From a virus: a DNA stretch of 43,579 nucleotides. Below are positions 7,856 through 14,704 of the stretch, piece after piece. The stretch's first letter is position 1; the number at the start of each line of letters is the position of its first letter. The translations under genes were made by a program, and so were the position numbers. The notes beneath the pieces were generated by a model. The model did no database searches. It had not been told where the DNA came from and saw nothing but the letters and a program-made list of their open reading frames with translations. The DNA is taken from positions 1 to 43,579 of the IMG/VR virus record IMGVR_UViG_3300035446_000023; one strand, given 5' to 3'.

Positions 7856-7959
7856 CACACACCCCCCAATAGCGCCACGTAGGCGAGAGTTCCGATAAGC
7901 GATCCGGCTACGGTGATGCCTAGGGCGCCGGCCAGCTCCTTGAGGACGTAGGCGTTCAT
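7855..7959 (-). CDS. Small membrane peptide (34 aa, not in the ORF track)
   Basis: Hand translation: MNAYVLKELAGALGITVAGSLIGTLAYVALLGGV. ATGA overlap with 7956-8261 and with the next ORF. Confidence 0.4.
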   Translation of the reverse strand: MNAYVLKELAGALGITVAGSLIGTLAYVALLGGV

Positions 7960-8261
7960 GGCTGCTCTCCTTCAACTGGAGTCATCCAGTCAGCGTTATG
8001 CTCAAGTAGCGTCAGCTCCCATCCTGGCGCGATTTCGCACATGCCGTATTCGCCGAACTGCCCGGAGTAATAGCGGGCCTCGTACAGGTACAGTCCTTCG
8101 CCGTGGATGAACTCTTCTTCATCCCTGAGCTGCTCCTCAATTTCGCAGAGAGGATCAAGCGCTATGCGCCCGTTGATGGCGCATATGAATGGATCTTCTC
8201 CACCTTCAAGGCGAAGAACCTCAAGGATCACCGGCCCTTTGTTGAAAACGTCCTTGGTCAT
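7956..8261 (-). CDS. Hypothetical acidic protein
   Basis: 101-aa ORF, translationally coupled. Confidence 0.55.
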   Translation of the reverse strand: MTKDVFNKGPVILEVLRLEGGEDPFICAINGRIALDPLCEIEEQLRDEEEFIHGEGLYLYEARYYSGQFGEYGMCEIAPGWELTLLEHNADWMTPVEGEQP

Positions 8262-8734
8262 GGCTGCTCTCCTTGCAGGGCGGCGCGGTCGATTCGCTCA
8301 ATCTCGGCCAGCAGTAATGCTGCAGCCCGGACATAATTCGCTCTGGCGTCGCGCGGCTTCCACCATTTCGAGTGGAATGGCCAGATGCATGGCGCTTCGT
8401 CATTTCCGCCGTTGAGTACGTAGGCCGCCGCTGCGCGTGGTAGCTCTGCAGCGTCGTAAAGGTCGTCATGGGCAGGCGTCCATCCTTCACGCTCGACTTG
8501 GCGTCGACGCTCTGCCAGAACGTCAACAGAAGCCTTGGTTTGCTTGTTTAGTTCAGCGAGAAGTTCTTCCCGCTCACTCGCAATGCGCACGAAATCGGCG
8601 TTGGCCTCGGCCAGCTCTAGGAGCAGCGCTTCGTAGCTCTCGACGCGAACCCACCCGCCTTCCGCATCTTCATGCATCAGCGCGCTCAGGCCGTCGTATC
8701 CGAACGGCTCGTACCGCTTCACTTCCTTGCTCAT
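8258..8734 (-). CDS. Hypothetical protein
   Basis: Start at MSKEVKRYEPFGY (ATG 8734), ATGA overlap with 8731-9090. The C-terminus reads WPFHSKWWKPRDARANYVRAAALLLAEIERIDR. Confidence 0.6.
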   Translation of the reverse strand: MSKEVKRYEPFGYDGLSALMHEDAEGGWVRVESYEALLLELAEANADFVRIASEREELLAELNKQTKASVDVLAERRRQVEREGWTPAHDDLYDAAELPRAAAAYVLNGGNDEAPCIWPFHSKWWKPRDARANYVRAAALLLAEIERIDRAALQGEQP

Positions 8735-9090
8735 GCCGCCTCCCGAGCGATCTGCTCTGCCTTGCTGCGCAACTGCGCCGCGTGGTGTTCGATGAATGCC
8801 GCTTGCTGCTTGTCGATGCTCCAGACGATCTCGTTCAGGGCTTCGTCTAGCCATTCGTTCGAGTAGCCGATGCGGCTACGCAGGGCGTCCCACTTGCCGG
8901 AGCAGATGGACAGGATCAGCGCCTTGGCCAGAGCGGCCGGCACCTCTAGCTTGTCCTCGCAGAACTCGGCGTAGGCCTGCATGGTTGGTTCGTGGAGGCT
9001 GTCGAGCGCGGCCAGTACCTGCTCTGCCTCGGAAACGCTGTCATCCGGGCACGGCTGTTCGCGGCGCCCTGTGGGTCCGTAGTGCTTCAT
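8731..9090 (-). CDS. Hypothetical protein
   Basis: 119-aa ORF; first gene downstream of the 584-nt ORF-free island. Confidence 0.55.
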   Translation of the reverse strand: MKHYGPTGRREQPCPDDSVSEAEQVLAALDSLHEPTMQAYAEFCEDKLEVPAALAKALILSICSGKWDALRSRIGYSNEWLDEALNEIVWSIDKQQAAFIEHHAAQLRSKAEQIAREAA

Positions 9091-9674
9091 GGTGGATACC
9101 TCGGTTGCCCGGATGGGCGGGGGAAGGGGTGATGCAGTGGCCGGACGCTAACCGGCTGTTGTGCCGTACAGTCTCAGACTGCCGCCTTTTCGGCCTCACG
9201 GCTGCGTGTCTGCTTTCCACGCCGCACTGCATCGGGGAGTGATCTGAGGTCTTGCGACGCACTTGCCGGTGGCCCTAATGGCCCTGCTGCCGGCTTTACC
9301 AATCAGGCAGATCACTCTCCGATACACGCTGGTTACGCCAGCGACTCGGCCATCTCAACGGGCAAGCTGTGAGAGCCCGCCAACGGCTGCCGGTGTTTTT
9401 CAGCAATCGGGGCACTTGCCGGCTTATCCCCGTCGCGGATATCCCGAAGGTCCGCCGCGCGCGGATGTGATTCATGGCGCTACCAGCACCGGGCGCCGTT
9501 CGGTTATTACAGGCCCGTTAGGGTCTGGTCTGGCTGGCTCAGGAGGGGGTTATTTGGTGCGGGATGTCAGCAATCTATGACCAGTCGTCCATCACTTCTC
9601 TCCTTTCTCTCTCCACCACTCCCACCCCCACAGCGCAGCTAGTACGCAGATGAGGAGGAGGGTTTGGGGTAGGG

Positions 9675-10271
9675 TTAGCATGGGGTGCTCGGCAGTAGTT
9701 CGGCGTTCAGCCGTCGAACCTCGGCGGCGTGGTCGGCCCACCCCCTGTCGTAATCAGCGCTCACAGGTCCAAGCGCGACAGGCATAACCAGCTCCGGCTG
9801 CGGGGCGGTCTGCGCTTGGTACCCAGGAAGAGCCCCGCAAATATCAGCCAGCATCATCGACATATTGGCAACGTCCGCCGAATACTCACGGATGCCGTCG
9901 CGGTCACCTTTCTTCGCAGCTTTCTGCAGCTTGCCGATGTGATAGAAGATCTCCAGCAGCGCAGTTTTGACGTCCATCGCCAGCCATCCGGGGCGATCGC
10001 CTTTGCCGGCGTTGGCGTGCAGCTCGGCACGCATCATGCTCAGGAATGGCAACAGCACGTCGTCGTATTTCTGTGGGGCGGTCTGCGCGATGGGGGCGGC
10101 TTTTTCGGAGCGCTGCCAGGCAGCGCCAGAGGTAAACGCATCCAAAGCTCTATCCCGATAAGGGGAGTCATCATCAATCCCGCGCTGCTCGCAAAACCTG
10201 ATTGCGGCTTTCTCGGTGCCGAATAAATCCCGCTCATCCTGCGCTGGAACTGACTCGAATTGTCCGCTCAT
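9675..10271 (-). CDS. MazG-like (DUF550-like) NTP pyrophosphohydrolase paralogue
   Basis: 198 aa. Its central ~100 aa are nearly identical to the module in 3179-4096. It lacks the DfrB-like C-terminus. Confidence 0.8.
   Translation of the reverse strand: MSGQFESVPAQDERDLFGTEKAAIRFCEQRGIDDDSPYRDRALDAFTSGAAWQRSEKAAPIAQTAPQKYDDVLLPFLSMMRAELHANAGKGDRPGWLAMDVKTALLEIFYHIGKLQKAAKKGDRDGIREYSADVANMSMMLADICGALPGYQAQTAPQPELVMPVALGPVSADYDRGWADHAAEVRRLNAELLPSTPC
9791..10088. repeat. 298-bp dispersed direct repeat, copy B
   Basis: ~96% identical to 3520-3817. Confidence 0.9.
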
Positions 10272-10309
10272 CTCATCCTCCTATGTGCTGATGGGTGACA
10301 GTGGGGCGG

Positions 10310-10537
10310 TTAGGCGAACTTGATCTGCTGCTCGGCCATCTCATCAGCCGCATCAGCCATGCGACGTAGTTGCTCGCTGGAGATGAAGACCGGGATGTTC
10401 TGGCCATCGATCTCGATGTTTACGCCAGGGCAGGCAGTGCGCGCAGAGCGGTTGATCAGCAGCGCCGGCTCAATCTCGTACGAATCTGCGGCCTGCTCGT
10501 TGTACTCCATCGACTCTTCGAAAACGTCTTGTTCCAT
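10310..10537 (-). CDS. Hypothetical small acidic protein
   Basis: 75 aa, rich in D/E (MEQDVFEESMEYNEQAADSYEIEP...). Second ORF of the PL operon. Confidence 0.55.
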   Translation of the reverse strand: MEQDVFEESMEYNEQAADSYEIEPALLINRSARTACPGVNIEIDGQNIPVFISSEQLRRMADAADEMAEQQIKFA

Positions 10538-10593
10538 GCTCTCTCTCCATTTTGTTAATCCCCGCTGCCTGTCGCCAAGCTGCGGGGGTGGGG

Positions 10594-10785
10594 TTAGGCG
10601 TGGTCGATGACCATGCGATCGGTGCCGTCTTCGTTGTAGCCCTTTAGGATTTCGATGCTGAACAGGTCTGCGTAATCATCAGGCAGAGCGCCGGTCACGT
10701 ACGCCTCATCGAAAACGGGCTGGATAGTTCGAATATCGCTGTTCGAGTTGTTCACAAACTTGAAGCTGCCAATACCTTTGGCCAT
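10594..10785 (-). CDS. Hypothetical small acidic protein
   Basis: 63 aa; GGAGA lies 6 nt upstream of the ATG. First ORF of the PL operon. Confidence 0.55.
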   Translation of the reverse strand: MAKGIGSFKFVNNSNSDIRTIQPVFDEAYVTGALPDDYADLFSIEILKGYNEDGTDRMVIDHA

Positions 10786-11388
10786 CGTTCTTCTCCGGCG
10801 CTATTCAATGCTTGCTAAGCCGCCAACTGCGCCTCATCCAGTCGCGGATCGGCGGATCGGCGTTCGGTTGTCTTCCCGCTGGCCACTCTTGCGAATGGCC
10901 AGAAGGAAACTCTTTCGCTCGTCTCGTGCGCTCCGTGCCCGCTGCTGATTGCAGGCCGTAAGGCTTCGGTTGGTTGGCGGTGGGCTTCCCTGTTCACGCG
11001 CCTCGATCAGCGTTGGCGCGTGGTCGCTGGGTATATACAACCTGCTGCGTACAGCCTTGGTGCCGGTTGAGTGAGGCACACAGCAGGAGGTCCGGCGCCC
11101 CTCATAGCCGAGGCTCGGGGCGCTAATTCGATTCGGTGTTTCTGGCCTCCGTTACTTGCCACGGTGGGCTGGGCTGATAATTCGGAAATCCCGAATTACC
11201 TCTCTCCGTTGCGATTCCTTGTCTGAGTCGTCTCTTTCCCGCTGCCGCAACTGGCGTCGCACCGGGTGACATTTCGCAACTTCGCGTGGCTGCATGTGGA
11301 GCCACGGCCAGTTCCAGAGCTGGCATGGGGCGGAAAACTTGTTACTCGCGCTGTGCCCGGTAGGGGATTCCGCCGCGAGGGTTCCGAG

Positions 11389-11401
11389 TTGTGAAAGAGC
11401 G
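11389..11401 (-). promoter_or_regulatory. boxA-like element in the PL leader
   Basis: The minus strand reads CGCTCTTTCACAA, against rrn boxA TGCTCTTTAACAA and lambda boxA CGCTCTTA. It lies ~50-60 nt downstream of the predicted PL start. Confidence 0.45.
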
Positions 11402-11459
11402 TTCCGGGATCACCCGAGGCCTCTTGAGGCCCTGAAGCGTGTCTCGCTTCGATGGGTGA

Positions 11460-11510
11460 ACAATAAGCCAATGCCTAACATTGTGCAATAGGCATTAGCT
11501 AATTTTTTTC
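11460..11510 (-). promoter_or_regulatory. Putative PL promoter with OL operators and an upstream A-tract
   Basis: Minus strand: TTGCAC (11488-11483), 17-nt spacer, TATTGT (11465-11460). Palindrome AATGCCTA-N11-TAGGCATT at 11470-11496. The 14-mer AGGCATTAGCTAAT (11490-11503) recurs inverted at OR. A7 tract in the UP-element position. Confidence 0.55.
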
Positions 11511-11557
11511 GAGTAGACGAACGAAACCGCCCGAGGCTTTGCCGAGGCCCTCTTGAG

Positions 11558-11606
11558 GGAATCAGGAATCAGGAATCAGGAATCAGGAATCAGGAATCAG
11601 GAATCA
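11558..11606. repeat. Perfect tandem heptanucleotide repeat (GGAATCA)x7
   Basis: 49 nt, seven exact units, between the cI stop and PL/OL. Confidence 0.95.
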
Positions 11607-11620
11607 GCCGGGCTCGACAT

Positions 11621-11641
11621 GGCCTAGGACATGCCTAGGCC
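11621..11641. repeat. Perfect inverted repeat GGCCTAGG-acatg-CCTAGGCC downstream of cI
   Basis: 8-bp stem and 5-nt loop with no U-tract on either strand. Possible cI 3' stem-loop or protein-binding site. Confidence 0.5.
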
Positions 11642-11686
11642 CGTACATTGGCTAGAGGGTGCGTAATAGAAGGGTTTGCGGCTATG

Positions 11687-12469
11687 TCAGCCGAGCGCGC
11701 CGCCGCGCCAGATCACTCTGCCCATGATTGGCACCTCATCCATTGAGGCGGCAGAAACCTCCTCGTCTGGATAGCGCGCCTTGTCCGGGTTGTCGCTGCG
11801 AATCAGCCAGCTCCCCGATATCTGCTGCGCCATGCGCTTGATGCTCAAGCTGCCGTCTGGTCGCCGGATCGCATATACCTGGCGGTCACGAGGAGTCGTG
11901 TCTGCGCTATCGAACAGCACAACGTCGCCTTCGAAAATATAGGGCTCCATGCTGTTGCCGGTCGCGTAGATAACGAACAGGTGCTGCGGCTTGGCGCCCA
12001 TACGGCGAAGCCAGTCGCGCTTGAATGCCAGCCCGCCAGTGACTTCGACGTGATCATTCAGCGCGCCATCACCGCAGGCGCCGCGTGCATCGTACTGCGG
12101 TATCAAGGCGTAATCGTTTTCGCTGGGCGAATGCCCGGATCGCTCATCTGCTGCAGGCGTGGCGGTTAGCGCGATGGTTGCTTCCGATCCGTGGAGTTCA
12201 ATTGTCGACTGTTCGCCTGGAGTAGAGCGGTGCGCTTCGTCTGCAATGAGAACAGTTCCGTCGGCAAGGCCCCAGTGGCTTGGCGGCACGACGTCAGAAA
12301 AGAAGGCGATCATCTGGATCATCTTCGTTTTGTCAATGCGGCCGGTCGCAATCCATCCCTGTACCGATGGAGGCTTCACGTTGAAACGGTCTGCAAGGGC
12401 CTTCTTCGAAAGCTTCTTCTTGACCCGTGCGGCGTCTATAGCTGCGCCAAGCTGTTCACCTTTAAGCAT
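11687..12469 (-). CDS. cI: CI-like repressor (XRE HTH plus S24 LexA-like autopeptidase)
   Basis: 260 aa. N-terminal [25 protein letters not shown]-terminal GNSMEP (Ser nucleophile) and SIKRM (Lys). Divergent from cro. Confidence 0.9.
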   Translation of the reverse strand: MLKGEQLGAAIDAARVKKKLSKKALADRFNVKPPSVQGWIATGRIDKTKMIQMIAFFSDVVPPSHWGLADGTVLIADEAHRSTPGEQSTIELHGSEATIALTATPAADERSGHSPSENDYALIPQYDARGACGDGALNDHVEVTGGLAFKRDWLRRMGAKPQHLFVIYATGNSMEPYIFEGDVVLFDSADTTPRDRQVYAIRRPDGSLSIKRMAQQISGSWLIRSDNPDKARYPDEEVSAASMDEVPIMGRVIWRGGALG

Positions 12470-12567
12470 TGCCTAATTTACCTCTGGTGAATATCGGTTA
12501 GGCAATGGCTTGCTATTGGATTAGCTAATGCCTTATTCTTTGCTCGTGTCACTACGGAGAGCACCAA
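12470..12567. promoter_or_regulatory. Immunity switch region (OR operators, PR, and PRM for cI)
   Basis: Half-sites CATTGCCTAA (12467-12476), TTAGGCAATG (12498-12507) and ATTAGCTAATGCCT (12520-12533). PR candidate TTGCTA (12510-12515), 18-nt spacer, TATTCT (12534-12539). GGAGAG SD precedes cro. Confidence 0.6.
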
Positions 12568-12789
12568 ATGACCCCCGCACAAGCAGCCCAGAAGGCAGCG
12601 CAAATCCTAGGTAGCCAGGCGGAGCTTGCTCGCCAGCTCCAGATTCGCACGCCAACTGTAAGCCAGTGGTGCTCAGGTGGCCGGCCGATTCCGGCTGCTC
12701 GTGCACTGCAGATCGAATCAGCAACTGGCGGAAAGGTCCGCCGGCAAGAGCTGTGCCCGTCCTTCCCGTGGGAAGGCGTGGCCGCCTGA
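12568..12789 (+). CDS. cro: Cro-like HTH repressor (YdaS/Cro family)
   Basis: 73 aa; GSQAELARQLQIRTPTVSQWCSGGRPIPAARALQIE. First gene of the rightward operon. Confidence 0.8.
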   Translation: MTPAQAAQKAAQILGSQAELARQLQIRTPTVSQWCSGGRPIPAARALQIESATGGKVRRQELCPSFPWEGVAA

Positions 12790-12810
12790 GAACTGAAAAG
12801 GAAATCGACC

Positions 12811-13005
12811 ATGTACCACGACCCCAAACATCTGCGCGACCACATCACGAAGGTGCGTCTCGACGAGGACACCGACGAGCTTCTGCAGTCGTTGGCGAAA
12901 TTCCATCGCACCCAGAAAGCCGTACTGGCTCGCGAGCTGTTGGAAGCCAGCCTGCGGGACATGCTTTCGCGTCTTGAGGATACCGAAGTTGAACAGACGG
13001 CCTGA
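12811..13005 (+). CDS. Hypothetical small regulator (possible ribbon-helix-helix)
   Basis: 64 aa; KVRLDEDTDELLQSLAKFHRTQKAVLARELLEASL. Confidence 0.5.
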   Translation: MYHDPKHLRDHITKVRLDEDTDELLQSLAKFHRTQKAVLARELLEASLRDMLSRLEDTEVEQTA

Positions 13006-13023
13006 AGGCCCTCGGGAGGCCTC

Positions 13024-13233
13024 ATGGCTGAACAAGATGTCGCTCTTGATGAGCGCTTTCAGCGCGCATTGCAGGAGCTAGCAAAGCAGGAAGGCAAGTC
13101 GCCAGAAGACCTGGGCGGCGAGCTGATCAGGGATCAACTGCGAAGGATCACTGAGCCGAAAGGCAATACCGGAAAGGTTCAGCCGTTTCGGAGAAGGGCA
13201 GGCCCTAAAAAGGGACCGAAAAAAGGGCAATAA
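13024..13233 (+). CDS. Hypothetical small basic-tailed protein
   Basis: 69 aa; ERFQRALQELAKQEGKSPEDLGGELIRDQL, with a K/G/P-rich tail. Confidence 0.5.
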   Translation: MAEQDVALDERFQRALQELAKQEGKSPEDLGGELIRDQLRRITEPKGNTGKVQPFRRRAGPKKGPKKGQ

Positions 13234-13235
13234 AA

Positions 13236-13260
13236 AACCCACCGGACAGGGTGGGTTCTT
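13236..13260 (+). terminator. Intrinsic terminator (tR1-like), possibly bidirectional
   Basis: aacccacc-ggacag-ggtgggtt is an 8-bp stem. It is followed by ttctt and preceded by an A6 run. Confidence 0.6.
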
Positions 13261-13286
13261 CAACAACGCTAGAGCTGGAGCAAATA

Positions 13287-13988
13287 ATGCCGAACCTACT
13301 ACCAAATTGCAAGACCCTGACCATGAGCAGTCGCGAGATTGCTGAGCTGGTCGACTCTCGTCATGACAGCGTGCGCCGTACAGTCGAGCGACTGGCTGAG
13401 CGCGGCGTCATCGCTTTACCACCGCTGGTGGAAAAGGCAACGGCTGGCCGCCCGTCTGCTGAGTATGTTTTTTCCGGAGACCAGGGCAAGCGCGACAGCA
13501 TCATCGTGGTCGCTCAGCTTTCGCCGGAATTCACTGCTCGGCTCGTTGACCGCTGGCAGGAACTGGAGTCGGCGAATCGCGTACAGCTGCCAGACTTCAC
13601 GAACCCGGCAGAGTCGGCCCGCGCATGGGCAGAGCAATATGAGCTGCGGACCATCGCACAACAGGCCCTTGCCATCGCCGCGCCGAAGGTTGAGTTCGTC
13701 GACCGCTACGTCGAGAACACCGGCACGCTGACGTTCCGCCAGGTGGCCAAGCTGCTCAAGGCCAATGAGCGCGTGCTGCGTCAGCTGCTCATCAATGGCC
13801 ATGTCATGTACCGCCTAAACGGCGTGATGACCCCGTACCAGAACCACATCGACGCCGGCCGTTTCGAGGTAAAGACCGGCACTTCCGAGCGCAATAACCA
13901 CGCCTTTGCACAAGCCCGCTTCACGCCGAAGGGCGTCCAGTGGATTGCTGGCCTGTGGGCGTCGCACACCATGCAGGAGGCCGCATGA
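13287..13988 (+). CDS. Rha-family regulator with C-terminal KilAC/ANT antirepressor domain
   Basis: MSSREIAELVDSRHDSVRRTVERLAERG (Rha) and APKVEFVDRYVENTGTLTFRQVAKLL (KilAC). Start taken at ATG 13287, alternatively 13323. Confidence 0.8.
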   Translation: MPNLLPNCKTLTMSSREIAELVDSRHDSVRRTVERLAERGVIALPPLVEKATAGRPSAEYVFSGDQGKRDSIIVVAQLSPEFTARLVDRWQELESANRVQLPDFTNPAESARAWAEQYELRTIAQQALAIAAPKVEFVDRYVENTGTLTFRQVAKLLKANERVLRQLLINGHVMYRLNGVMTPYQNHIDAGRFEVKTGTSERNNHAFAQARFTPKGVQWIAGLWASHTMQEAA

Positions 13989-14704
13989 TGGCCAGATCCC
14001 GGAACATCAAGCCAGGTTTCTTCCAGAACGAAGACCTGCAAGAGCTGGACTTTGCCACTCGCCTGTTCTTCATCGGCCTATGGACTGAAGCCGACAAGGA
14101 AGGCCGCCTCGAAGACCGCCCGAAGAAGCTGAAGAACGCACTGTTCCCGGCTGATGACGTGGAAGTCGAGCAGATGCTGGACGGCCTGGCCGCATACGGC
14201 TTCATCAGCCGATATGAGCGCGCCGGCAAGAAGATCATTCAGATCGTGAAGTGGGCCAAGCACCAGAACCCGCACCGCCGGGAAGCGCCGAGCACTCTGC
14301 CTGCCGAGACCGATGAAGTCGTGGAGGAAGAGCAGCAGGCCGAATCAGGGCCTCAAAAAGCTTACACCGAGTCGTCCTTCGAGACCTTCTGGAAGCTCTA
14401 CCCGCGCAAGACCGCCAAGGACAACGCCCGCAAGGCGTTCGCCAAGGTCAATCCCGATGCCGAGCTGCTGGCTCAGATCCTCGAGTCTCTGGCCAAGCAC
14501 TGCACCTGCCAAAACTGGCTGAAGGACGACGGGCAGTTCATCCCGCACGCCGCCACCTGGCTCAACGGGAAGCGCTGGAACGATGAGGTGAAGCCGGCTG
14601 CCAATGTGCACCACTTCCCTGGCGCCTCGCGTCACACCGGCTTTGCTGAGCGCGACTACAAAGCAGGCCTGATCGAGCGGGAGGATGGCACTCATGGCTT
14701 CTGA
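13985..14704 (+). CDS. Putative replication initiation/replisome organiser protein
   Basis: Start MMARSRNIKPGFFQNEDL... (ATGA overlap). Contains FETFWKLYPRKTAKDNARKAF. Sits directly upstream of the DnaC-like loader. Confidence 0.6.
   Translation: MMARSRNIKPGFFQNEDLQELDFATRLFFIGLWTEADKEGRLEDRPKKLKNALFPADDVEVEQMLDGLAAYGFISRYERAGKKIIQIVKWAKHQNPHRREAPSTLPAETDEVVEEEQQAESGPQKAYTESSFETFWKLYPRKTAKDNARKAFAKVNPDAELLAQILESLAKHCTCQNWLKDDGQFIPHAATWLNGKRWNDEVKPAANVHHFPGASRHTGFAERDYKAGLIEREDGTHGF

Noticed and set aside
9263..9580. 105-aa plus-strand ORF inside the 584-nt ORF-free island
   Set aside because: It runs opposite to the operon, has no SD, is Pro/Gly/Arg-rich junk-like sequence with poor third-position GC, and spans predicted hairpins. 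It is treated as non-coding.
10834..11326. Arg-rich small ORFs in the PL leader (10834-11079, 11123-11326 and the 47-aa ORF 11152-11295) as N-like antiterminators
   Set aside because: They have no SD (one has an anti-SD CCTCC upstream), a GTG start, frequent CGA/AGA/ATA codons, and all three frames are open in the same stretch. They are not supportable as CDS from sequence alone and are kept only as a possibility in the leader finding.
11469..11509. Hairpin AATGCCTA-N11-TAGGCATT followed by T7, which looks like a plus-strand intrinsic terminator
   Set aside because: The stem is AT-rich with an 11-nt loop. The arms match the operator half-sites found at OR, and the T-run is an A-tract in the UP-element position for the minus-strand PL. 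It is better explained as OL/PL. A weak terminator role is not excluded.
11558..11606. Tandem repeats as a CRISPR array or minisatellite-encoded peptide
   Set aside because: The units are 7 nt with no spacers, so this is not CRISPR. The array lies outside any convincing ORF.
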